Shown here: one piece after another, positions 36,767 through 47,400 of the stretch
How positions within the stretch are numbered: position 1 is the first letter of the stretch
Layout: every line of letters starts with the position of its first letter
From: an uncultured virus (IMG/VR IMGVR_UViG_3300013936_000020)
Lineage: Duplodnaviria > Heunggongvirae > Uroviricota > Caudoviricetes
Length of the DNA stretch: 64,000 nt
IMG/VR virus record: IMGVR_UViG_3300013936_000020
Strand: one strand, 5' to 3'
The notes under the pieces: model-generated
What the model saw: only the letters and a program-made list of their open reading frames with translations
Told to the model about the DNA's origin: nothing
The model's database searches: none
Translations under genes and position numbers: made by a program

Positions 36767-37957
36767 ATGGCAAAAATTGATTTTGGTACCGAGTTGCTTG
36801 CGAGGTTCTTCTCCGGCAGGGGCAACAATGAGTTCCTCCAGAAGTTCATCAACAGGGACGGAGTTCTTCGTTGCAACAACGGTTGGTACTTGACGCAGGG
36901 TGACATTGATCCAAATCTCACCCCTATATCTGCGAACGGCGACGCGACCTTCAAGGTACGCTTGCGTACATTGAGTCCTGCGACATTGATGAACCTCCGC
37001 GCCCCTCTTGGTGAGGGCTACCAGAAAGACAACGAGGGTATCGAGTGGTACACCGCTTCCATCCCAGACTTCGCAGCTGACGGATTCCGTGAGACTGCGG
37101 TAGAGCGTTTCCATAAGATGGAGCACCTTCGTGAGGTGTTCGGTAGCGACGCTGAGGCTGTCGATAACTATCTCGACAAGATCCAGAACCTCTACGACTC
37201 ACTCGACATGACCATGACTTATATGTCTGCGCAGCTCAGTTCTACTGGCTTTATCGACTATGACAAGATTGGCCGTGGTATCCACGAGGCGTTGTATGAC
37301 GCAAAGGTTCCAAAGGAGAACTTCAAGAAGGGCGGTGCTCTTGAATGGAGCAACGCTAAGTGCGACCTGTTGGAGCAGATGCGTAAGTTCGAGGAGAATT
37401 GGCGCAATGAGCACATCGAGTTCAAGGACATCCCTCTCGTATGGCAGATGACCAAGGATGACTACTTCAATGTATTCTTGAAGAACAAGCAGATTGCCGA
37501 GTTGTATCAGAGCTGGGCGAAGGCGAACTACATCGCATTCTTGCAGAACTATGGTCCTAACCAGCAGATGTTCTTGCAGTCTGTGACAGACCTCCGTGGT
37601 TTGTCAAGCATCGAGATTGTTGACGAGGTTGAGCACAACATGAAGTTCGGCGGCAGTGTCGAGGCTTTGCGTGGCTGGAAGAATGGTACAGTCGTTCTCC
37701 GTCCTGCCGGCAAGTGCTTGCGTTTCATGCGTAAGGAGATTCTTGACAAGCGCATCTTTGAGACTCTCGGCAACAAGTTAGTTGATGTATCTTGGGCTAC
37801 TACGAACAATGGTCTCGGCTTGCTCCGCAACATGACAACCGCAAACGGATTGTACCAGGAGTTCAAGACAGACTTGTTCCTCGCTTCCATTCCTGCCATG
37901 CTCGATTCTCCATACCGTTGGATTATCGACATCACCAAGAAGGACGGCGACGAATAA
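36767..37957 (+). CDS. Major capsid protein
   Basis: 396 aa; position and size fit. Confidence 0.75.
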   Translation: MAKIDFGTELLARFFSGRGNNEFLQKFINRDGVLRCNNGWYLTQGDIDPNLTPISANGDATFKVRLRTLSPATLMNLRAPLGEGYQKDNEGIEWYTASIPDFAADGFRETAVERFHKMEHLREVFGSDAEAVDNYLDKIQNLYDSLDMTMTYMSAQLSSTGFIDYDKIGRGIHEALYDAKVPKENFKKGGALEWSNAKCDLLEQMRKFEENWRNEHIEFKDIPLVWQMTKDDYFNVFLKNKQIAELYQSWAKANYIAFLQNYGPNQQMFLQSVTDLRGLSSIEIVDEVEHNMKFGGSVEALRGWKNGTVVLRPAGKCLRFMRKEILDKRIFETLGNKLVDVSWATTNNGLGLLRNMTTANGLYQEFKTDLFLASIPAMLDSPYRWIIDITKKDGDE

Positions 37958-37981
37958 TAGTGAAAAACGTAACTTGATTGT

Positions 37982-38419
37982 ATGACTATGGATTCAGAGA
38001 TGGGAATTTACACTGTGAACGACTACCTTATTAATAAGGTGAAGTTCGAGATGCCGAGGGAGGCACTGAAAGCCATTATGGTTGACAGGGAGCTTGAGGA
38101 CGGCATCGACTTGGCATCGTGCGACAAGGATAAGGTGCGCCTGGCGTACGCCGACATGCTGAAATGGTTCGTGCTCGGTGCGAGCAAGGTGAACAACACC
38201 TCTGACTCCGACAACGGCTGGACTCATTCGGGAGGCGGCTACGACATGAGCGACGAGGACAGGAGCGAGCTGAAGGCAGAGGCCAACGCCATCTACAAGG
38301 AGCTCGAACCAAGCTCGATGCTAAAGAAGAAGTCCACCTTCCGGATTGTCTCCCACGGAGTGAAGCGAGCTAACTTCACCCCATGGGGACAGCCATTGCC
38401 ACATATCATCGGAGGATAG
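37982..38419 (+). CDS. Head-tail connector protein
   Basis: Position after the capsid gene; size fits. Confidence 0.55.
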   Translation: MTMDSEMGIYTVNDYLINKVKFEMPREALKAIMVDRELEDGIDLASCDKDKVRLAYADMLKWFVLGASKVNNTSDSDNGWTHSGGGYDMSDEDRSELKAEANAIYKELEPSSMLKKKSTFRIVSHGVKRANFTPWGQPLPHIIGG

Positions 38420-38422
38420 GAC

Positions 38423-38803
38423 ATGGAAAAGCCTTACATTAACAACCCACGCTACCCTCACACCGTAAGGATTGTGAGGAAGGTGACGGGAAAGTCTGAC
38501 GAGGACGATCCGTTTGCTGACGATGACGATGTGCCAGTTGGCGAGGACAAGGAGATTGTAATCTATGCGGGTATTGGTCGCTGCTACACCGACACCACCA
38601 CCGAGGGAGACAAGAAGGTTGACGAGAACAAGAGGAAGGCATCAATTCCTGTCAGATATGACGAATGGGATGCCGGAAGATGTCCTCTTGACGGAGATAC
38701 CATCTACTCCACCGTCGGCAACAATACCGAAATCGGAATGGTGAAGGACTGCGAGCCAGACAACAACAGGACATTGGTTTACTGGGATTTCACAAGGGTA
38801 TAG
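38423..38803 (+). CDS. Head closure / adaptor protein
   Basis: Position; beta-rich, with an RYPH start motif. Confidence 0.5.
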   Translation: MEKPYINNPRYPHTVRIVRKVTGKSDEDDPFADDDDVPVGEDKEIVIYAGIGRCYTDTTTEGDKKVDENKRKASIPVRYDEWDAGRCPLDGDTIYSTVGNNTEIGMVKDCEPDNNRTLVYWDFTRV

Positions 38804-38806
38804 CGT

Positions 38807-39412
38807 ATGGCAAGAAGAGAAACTTTAGGTTTGCAGTTTAGAGACGTGATAGGTCCGAAAATACATCTATACACAAGGGCTAAACTCCTTGAAGTTTTCA
38901 GGTCTGTCGCAAAGGAGTTATGTGACTCGTTTATTAGCGTGGCCACAAATGTAGGGATGTCGTTTATCACAGGTAACGCTTATAGGTCGTTTACTGTCGG
39001 TATATTTGAAAACGGAAAGCTGTTGGAGTATATCACGACAGAAGACGACAACCCGACAATGAAAACACTTCGCAAGGGACAGGCTTACCCTCTATCCAAT
39101 TACTACGACGGAACACCAGTTGGCGTTGGCGCTTATCCGAGATACGTCGGAGAAGTAGGAAGCGGAGGACAATGGGGTCCTACTCTTGGTCCTTACAGAA
39201 TCAAGAAGATGAGACCAAACAGCAGAGCCGAGTGGAACATGTTGGTCATTATTCCTGTTGAGTATGCGCCGTATTTGCATTTGAACCATATTCATGGTGT
39301 TATGACGCAGCTACAAGATCTTCTTCCAGGCATGTTCTTTGGAACTATAGCTAAGGTGAAGACCGAAGCGACCGACGTTAAGAACATCTCGAAGTTTAAG
39401 AAATATACATAA
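38807..39412 (+). CDS. Neck / tail completion protein (HK97 gp10-like)
   Basis: TGNAYRS and VEYAPY segments; position. Confidence 0.5.
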   Translation: MARRETLGLQFRDVIGPKIHLYTRAKLLEVFRSVAKELCDSFISVATNVGMSFITGNAYRSFTVGIFENGKLLEYITTEDDNPTMKTLRKGQAYPLSNYYDGTPVGVGAYPRYVGEVGSGGQWGPTLGPYRIKKMRPNSRAEWNMLVIIPVEYAPYLHLNHIHGVMTQLQDLLPGMFFGTIAKVKTEATDVKNISKFKKYT

Positions 39413-39416
39413 TGGT

Positions 39417-39824
39417 ATGGTAGATTTAAAAAGCATATATTATGATTTGGGAAACGCAGTCAAGGGGGTGTGCGACAAAATATATCCTCGAAACAGGCCA
39501 AAGTCTGTAGAAGACAGACCTAATAGTTATATCGTCGTAAAACTACCATCTGTAATTATCAACAACGAGATAAACTCCGACGGCAGCTACAACGACTACA
39601 CGACCACGGCACAGATAGAGATATACGTTCGGGATAAAGTCTCGGCAAAGAATCCGAACACGTTCGATGTCGCTGCCGTGGACGAGAAGGTCAGAGCTGT
39701 GCTCGAAAAGTTCCCTATCTCTACGGACAACATCTTGGTGTCGAACCCTCGTGTTACGCTGCAAACCGACGATGGCGATGGATTCTCCGTTACGATCATA
39801 CAAGGACGGTTACGCACAAAGTGA
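39417..39824 (+). CDS. Tail terminator protein
   Basis: Position before the major tail gene; size fits. Confidence 0.5.
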   Translation: MVDLKSIYYDLGNAVKGVCDKIYPRNRPKSVEDRPNSYIVVKLPSVIINNEINSDGSYNDYTTTAQIEIYVRDKVSAKNPNTFDVAAVDEKVRAVLEKFPISTDNILVSNPRVTLQTDDGDGFSVTIIQGRLRTK

Positions 39825-39866
39825 TAATTAATTCATTCAGGATAACAATTTTAAAATTTTAAGATT

Positions 39867-40625
39867 ATGGTTACTATTGACAAATTGAAGGAAGTGTTCT
39901 GTGGTCCTAAGTCTTTGCTTTACTCAAAGGCATTAGTTGACCTCGCGCAGAGCAACCTTGCGCTCACCGTTGACATGGAGCTTCCTGTTGAGGTTGACTC
40001 ATTGAAGGCTACGATGGAAGACCCAACCATCAACCACTACAAGGTCATCGGTCTCTCAGGCGACTGGGCCACCACCGCAGAGCTGGGCGACTTCAACGTT
40101 GAGTTCGTCGTTCCATCAAAAGCCAAGGACTTGCTCACAGCTATGTTTGGCGAGGACGCTGTTTCTGACCTCACAGCTACTTTGTCTGGCACTGACGACA
40201 AACAGCTTGACGTTCAGTACACAGGTGTCGCTGTCGAGACAAAGCTCTACAAGATGCGTGGCACCATCGTCATCGTTGACGAGGAGAAGAAGAATCTCAT
40301 GGTCGTTACAAACCTCTCATTGTACGCTACAATGCAGTGGGACGACACAGGCACAAAGCCAGTTGCCTTCAAGTTCTCAGGCTCTGTCGAGGGTGCAGGC
40401 AAGAAGAGTGTCGCTTGGCTCACCAAGGGCGACGGCGTTTACAAGCTCGCCTTTGACACAGACAAAGCTACAACAAGAAAGAAAGTCCCTGCTGCTCAAC
40501 GTAGGGAAGGTCTCGTAATTTCTTACACACCGACATCCGGCGGTGCAGTTAAAGAGAAGTACATGGATACCCGTGTGACCGACACCGAGTGGGCTAAGGA
40601 CGACAACTGGGAAACAGTTAAGTAA
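39867..40625 (+). CDS. Major tail tube protein
   Basis: Position; beta-rich; followed by a terminator. Confidence 0.65.
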   Translation: MVTIDKLKEVFCGPKSLLYSKALVDLAQSNLALTVDMELPVEVDSLKATMEDPTINHYKVIGLSGDWATTAELGDFNVEFVVPSKAKDLLTAMFGEDAVSDLTATLSGTDDKQLDVQYTGVAVETKLYKMRGTIVIVDEEKKNLMVVTNLSLYATMQWDDTGTKPVAFKFSGSVEGAGKKSVAWLTKGDGVYKLAFDTDKATTRKKVPAAQRREGLVISYTPTSGGAVKEKYMDTRVTDTEWAKDDNWETVK

Positions 40626-40666
40626 TCGGCTTCTTTAGGTAAAAGGATTCAGGATAACAAACCGTT

Positions 40667-40705
40667 GGGCGGCAGGCTAAGTAACAGCCGTGCCGCCCTT
40701 CTTCA
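40667..40705 (+). terminator. Intrinsic terminator after the major tail gene
   Basis: GGGCGGCA...TGCCGCCC followed by TTCTT. Confidence 0.65.
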
Positions 40706-40723
40706 TTTATAATCATACAATTT

Positions 40724-41448
40724 ATGGCAGAGGAAAAGAAAATAGAGCAGCCGCAGGTGGACTTGCAGGAGATGCTTGACAGCGTTCTTAGGGACGAGCC
40801 TACCGAATTTGTGTTCAGAGGAAAGAAGCGCAAGCTCGGCTGGCTTCGCAAGGGCACGATGGCAAAGTGCTCGCACATACAGCTAAAGGAGAAGAACGAG
40901 TGGAAGCGCAACGTGAAGATGTGCGTGTGCATCCTGCTGAACAACATCTGGAAGATTAGGTTCTTCTACGCAATATACTGGCGTTGGCTCTACTACGTCA
41001 AGGACATTGATGTTACTGAGGTGCTTCGTGTGCTCGATGTTTCTAAAAAAAAAATTCCATCGACCGCATTCTCGCTGGCTACCATATTAGCGACCGGGAT
41101 GACGGACGTGATGATGACGATGACGAGGAGCGAAGTAAAAGCTACCCAAGCAGAACAAGCTGGGGAGCAGCCTTCTCGTTAGCGGAGAAGTTCGGATTCC
41201 TCTTCGCAAGGAAATACGGAATAGCCGCCTACGACTACTGGTGGGGGTATTCTTCGGCACAGATAGACCTGATGGTGGCGGACCAGCCTCTCGTTGTCTA
41301 TCCTAAGACGAAGAGTGACGGACCGAAGAAACATACGCTAAAGCAAATGGACAACCTCTACGACAAGTGGGCGGAGCAAAAGAAGAAAGAAGGTAGTCTC
41401 GTCGGGAAGAAGATTTCTCTCGCCGACTACCTAAACGGCAATAGTTAA
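40724..41448 (+). CDS. Tail assembly chaperone G (40724-41182) with a -1 frameshift extension GT (to 41448)
   Basis: A10 tract at 41045-41054; the -1 frame is open from 41047 to TAA at 41448, just before the tape measure gene. Confidence 0.7.
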
Positions 41449-41469
41449 ATCTTAAAAAATATTCAGGAT

Positions 41470-44400
41470 ATGGCAGACGGAAATTTGGGAAGCCTTTGGA
41501 TGAGTCTTGGCTTAAAAGACGCAACATCTTCTGCATTAAAGAAAATACAGCAGGAATTGTCTGGCACGGACGATAAAGCCAAAAAGGTACAAGATGCTAT
41601 CAAAGAGATACAAAAGGGACTTAAAAGCGATAACTCCGCCGCTTTCGGCGGAGCGTTGAACAAGTTGTCCGAGTTGCTCAAAAAGTCGAAATCGGAAGCA
41701 AAGGATTTAAGTGTAGTATTAGATTCGTTAGGCAAGAAAGGAGGAATACACGAACTTCTTAACGGAAATATCAGCACCAAAAACATCGCTTCATACTTAG
41801 ATATAATACAGCGGCTAAAATCAGAAATCTCAGGGCTTGGGCGTGCTCCAGGTGTCGAGACGTTTGACTTGTTTAATTCGTTAAACAAGGCGCAATCGTA
41901 TCTTAGCATCATTCAGGATATTAGAGGCGAGTTAAAAACGCTCCGAGACACAAAGGAAAATACGAGCGATAAGAGTCGCTTAAACGATCTAACTCAGCTC
42001 ATAGAACAGTACAAGCAACTTAGGGTTGCTATGGTTGAGACATTCAATAATGGAAAATGGAATCAGCAGGCTGGAAAAGATTTGAGCAGCCAACATTCTG
42101 AACTTTTAGTAAAAACCGTTCAGTACTTCAACGAGATTAGCACTAAGTCTGCGCAGGCGGGAACTGCTGTTGAAAATTCCACAAACGCTGCCACCGAAGC
42201 CCTAAAAAAAGAGGAACAACAGGCTAAAAAGACAGCCGAAGCCATCGAGAAGGTCAATACGGAAAGACAAAAGAAGCCTGCCGTAATGAAGGAGGCGTTC
42301 CAAGAGAATGCCTTCACAAAAGCTGTTGACAAAATCGTGAACAGCAAGGAATCTATCAAAGAAGTAGGAAACGACTTTGCCGGGGTCAAGAAGAATGCCG
42401 ATGATGCCAAGGGCGCAATTGAAAGCCTCAAGACATCCATTAATGAAATCCTCAATGCGTTCCGTGGTTCTGCGAGCAAGACGCTTGGAGTTGGCGAGGC
42501 TGGAGAGAAAGGTCGCCAATACGTCGATATTTTGGCACAGGCAAACAAAAAGTTAGAGGAGCTGTCGAAGAAAGAGGGCGGAGACAAGCTGGTGTCGCAG
42601 TTGAAGTTTATGATAGACAACGCTCAGAAGTACCTCAACCTCATGCAGCAGGTTGAAGAGAAGTACAAAGAGGTCTCTAATATCAGAAACATCAATCCTA
42701 ACGTAGATAGCAAGCAGCTCAAGGAGGCTCTTGGTGTGATAGAGAATTTTAGACAGAAATTGCTCGATCTTGAAAGCGGTCGATTCCTAACTGGTGTTGA
42801 CAAGGCCAACGTATTGTCGAATTATCAATCCGCCTGGAAAAATACTATCACAAGCGTCAAGGGTATGACAGAAGGATTAAAGGTCGATAACACGTTGTCT
42901 GACTTAAAGAACAAATCCGACAAGGCTAATTCTGCCCTTTCCTCTCTTGAGACACAGATAGAAAAGGTAAAACGCTCTATCGACTTCGGGAAGGCTAATG
43001 GTTACAATACGGACAGACTTTTCGATAACCTTACTGCGCTAAACAACAGAAAGGCGGAGTTTGAGAGGGTTCTGGAGAAGGATACGAAAAGACTGAATGA
43101 CGCTACCTATATGAATGGATTGTATTCGGAGACTCAAAAAGATTTAAATCTTGCGAGAAACGCCATGAAGGACTTTGGTAACGTCGTAGAAAAGGTTAAG
43201 TCGCAAGAGAAAGGTCTGTCTGACGAGTACGACCGCAAGAAACGCCAGAGTGCCCAGTACCTCGACCAACTCAACAAGGAAGGACTCGCCTTACAGAAGA
43301 ACGCAGAGATACAGCAGAAGCTCGCTGCACAGCAAGAGAAGGCGTGGATAAGCCAAACAAAGAGCGGATTTCGTGGCGGAAGATACCTCATGCCTGAAAA
43401 TGAGAGAGCAGCGCAAGGATATAGGGATATAGCAAAAGCATATCAAACTTCTGCAAACCAACTTCAAGCTAAGTATAATGAGGATAAGGCTAACTTTTCC
43501 AAACAGCTCGACGAATACGCAAAGCTGTATAAGACCATAGAAGACAAACTGCGAGCTATATCTCCCAATATGGACGGTAGAGGTATTGACGGAAAAGGAC
43601 TAAAAGGTAAGGATCGCAGTTATTACGAGGGTTTGGTTCGAGATTTAGGCTACATGAAAAACGACGCCGAGGCAAAGCAAATGGCAAACATCTCGGATTT
43701 GGAAGCACAAGCCCAGAAAATCAAGGAGCTAATTCGTCTTGTAGAAAAGTACAACCAGCTTGCAGAAAGCGCATCGAAAGCCACATATAAGCCATACAAC
43801 GCCAGTTCCTACGAGCAGAAGCGAGTTTCAGAAACAGCTGCGTTAAAGAATGCTATCATTGAGAGAGCAAAGGCTGAAGAAAAAGCTGAGAAGGATAGAA
43901 AGAAAAACGCCGCAGAAGCAAAGGCAGACGAAAAACAACGCCAGAATGAGATTGAAATCACAAAGAGGCGCATTCAATCGCTTACCTACGCTATGGAGAA
44001 ATTACAGGGCAAGGTTAGTGAGGGACAATCGCTAAAGGTTGATACATCAAAAGCCGAAGCGAAGGTCAAGTCGCTCGAACAGGAAATACAATCGTTACGT
44101 GTTATGCAATCCAATCTTGAGGGAGCTGGTTGGAAAGCATACCTTGGTGACGTTGGGCAGTTTGGCAACGGTCGCTCGGTAAGAGAAGCCAACCATCTCG
44201 CCCAGGAGCAAGCCGCAGCTAACCGTGAGGCTCAGAAGGGGATCGAGATAGAGCAGAAGAGGCAGGCGGAGATTGCTAAGAGTGCGGCGAAAGTGCAATC
44301 AGACTTGGTTCGTGGTTTTGAACGAGCAAACAACCATGCAGGGAAATTAAACTCAACCGTACAGGATTTGAAGTCACTTTTCTTGCAGGGTGGCCTTGTG

Positions 44401-47400
44401 TTCGGTGCGCAGCAGTTTGCAATGAGCATCATTACTACTGGTGGCGAGATGGAAAAGCAGCACATTGCCCTCCAGTCCATCCTTGGTGATATGCAGAATG
44501 CAAACACTATGTTCAACCAAATCAAGGAACTCGCTCTTAATTCGCCATTTACGTTCTCCGAATTAAACAGAGACGTTAAGCAGTTGGCCGCATACGGAGT
44601 TGAGTATGATCAGTTGTATGATACGACCAAGCGTCTTGCCGATATGTCATCTGGCCTTGGCGTATCTTTCGACCGTATCGCCCTTGCGTTTGGCCAGGTG
44701 CAGGCTCGTGGTTGGCTTGATGGAAAGGAACTTCGTCAAATTGCGTATGCTGGTATTCCTTTGCTCAACAAGTTGTCGGAGTTCTACTCTAAGCAAGAAG
44801 GTAGAAACGTCTCTACGTCAGAGATTAAGACACGCATATCCAATCGTGATGTTAGCTTCGATGACGTAAAATCCATCTTCTGGCAGATGACCAACGAGGG
44901 AGGTCAGTTCTACAATATGCAGCAGACATTGAGCGAGACTTTGCTTGGTCGATACAATAAGTTGAAGGATGCTTGGGAGATTATGCTCGCAGACTTTGCT
45001 AATGGAAATAGTCTCGTAGGTAGTTTCTTTAAAACGGCAATCGAGGGTGCTACGGCGTTGGTGCAATCTCTACACTCGCTCGCCATGCCTGTCGGAACTA
45101 TATTTGCAGGATATGTCCTGAAAAAGATGTTAGCCGGAAATACGGCTTCGTCATTCCTTTCTAACAAGGCTAACATAGCTTCAAACATAGAGTCTCGTGT
45201 TTTGCAAGGGCAGCAAGTATCTCAAATAGAGCAAAGAATCCTCGCAACAAAGAATCAGATAGCTGGTGCTGATTTGAGAGCGTTAGCAAACGCTAAGGCA
45301 CTTACAACTGAAAAACTGAACCAACTACGCTTATCTGGACAAATTACAGCCGAGCAATATAACACGTACCGTGGAATTGTGTTGAGACAGACTGGAGAAG
45401 CGGGCGTATTGGCGAGATTAAAAATGACGCTTGCTTCAATGCGCCAAATAACAGCAACCTCCGCTTTAGCATCATTGAAGAGTGTATGGCCAAGTTTTGC
45501 AACCTCCGCCTTAGCATCATTGAAGAGTGTATGGCCAAGTTTTGCAACCTCCGCCTTAGCATCGTTCCGCATTATCGGAACAGGAATCAAATCTATGGCT
45601 TCTACCGTATGGACTGCCATAGGTGGGCTTCCTGGCTTGATTGTAACCGCATTGACTTTAGGAATAACGAGTGCCATTAGCTCGTATCAGGAGCTCAGTC
45701 AGAAAATAAAACAGACTCAGGACGAGATTGCAGACAAGAACAATCAGATAAGCAAGTTTCTGCAAGATAACAATGTGGCTGTTACGATTGCCGGCGGAGA
45801 CACGAAAGAAATCGACAACATGATTGACAGCTACAAGGATAAGCTAAAAGAGCTTGCGCCTTACAGCTACAAGAATATGTTGATGACGGCTGACGAAAAG
45901 AAAAGTCATGTAGAGCGGCTTAAATATCTCGAACAAGAAGTAAAACTTTTGAGAGAAGCAAACGACGTTGCTAACTCCAAGATGAGCAATCGTGGATTTT
46001 ACTCTGACTTAGAGGATGTCACGAAGGATGCTTATGAAAAATTGGAGAACAGACTTCAAATGCGAACTGACGCTATGGCTCCTAACGCATCACAGGGGGA
46101 CAAGGATTTGTATGCTAACGAAAAAGCATACGGAGACTATATCGAAAAGTTAAAGGATACGTTGGAAAAGAAGTTTGGAGATATTGGTAAGGACGAGAAG
46201 ATACGAGAGGCTGCCATGCAGTCAATGAACGCAATATTCTCGGAGATGGGCGTTCCTGAAGATAAGGCTGAGATAATTCGTTCGTCTGTATTGCAGGCGT
46301 TTGGCTGTGGTGAAAAGAGTACATGGTTGCAGTCAGAGGTATCCAGCAGTATGATAGGATTGATTGATAAGTCATTCCCTATGATTGGTGAGAAGATTAA
46401 GGCCAGCCTGCCGTTGACCGAGGCCGAACAAGCTAAGGTCAAGGAATTGATGAAAGATGCGAAAAATGGACTCATAAACCAATACCCGGAATTGGAGCAG
46501 ACCTTAAAGCGAATGCTTGCTGAGTCTAACTTTGAGGCTGTAATTAAACTCGTATTCGATACTGGAGACAAGCTGAACGATGTACAGAGCACTCTCGTTG
46601 GGCGCATTCCTTCTATGATTGATCCGAACTCCTCTTTAGGGGCAAAATACAGAAAACGTGCGGAAGAGTATGGAAAGGATAATAGTTGGTACAAAGGGAG
46701 CAATCTCTCAAATCAAAGGATAGATGATGCAAAAAACGAATGGCAATCCGCTGTTAAAAGACATGCGCCAAACGTTAAAGAAATCTATCAAAATTACTTG
46801 GACGAGATGACGATTGCCAGGACATTGCTTTACAACTACTATAAAGGCGAAGGAAAGAAATCCAACAAACCTGGTAAAAAGAACTCGGGTGGTCGCAAGG
46901 AGGACACCGAGCTGAAAAACCTCCAGGAGCGTCTGAATAGCTTGAAGTCGGCAAGACAGATGTATCAAAAGTATCAGACCATCATGTCTGATGACGAGGC
47001 AAAGGAGAAGACGCTAAAGTTGTTCCCGGAAGTAACTGGGTTGAATCTCAACGACTACCAAAAGGCGGTTAGAGAATTACTCAAAGGCTTCAAGATAAAC
47101 ACATCGGAGCGAAAGAAATTCCAGACTTCCATATATCGTGAGGTCGCAGAGTGGATTTTCTCCGAGAAAGACAAGAAAGCGTTCGACGAGAAGGCTGCAA
47201 CCTTCAACGAAGAGATGAACAAACTTTCCGAAAGGTGGGATTTGTACAAAACTCTGCTCGAAAAAACAGGGAATAAGAACTTCGCCGAGTCTTCATGGAT
47301 TGATGCTTTCCAGATGGACGAGAAGACGAAATCCTTGATGGACGAGTGGTATGCCCATTATGGAGAGGTTTTCAATCTGGAGGATTCTCTTAAACTTACT

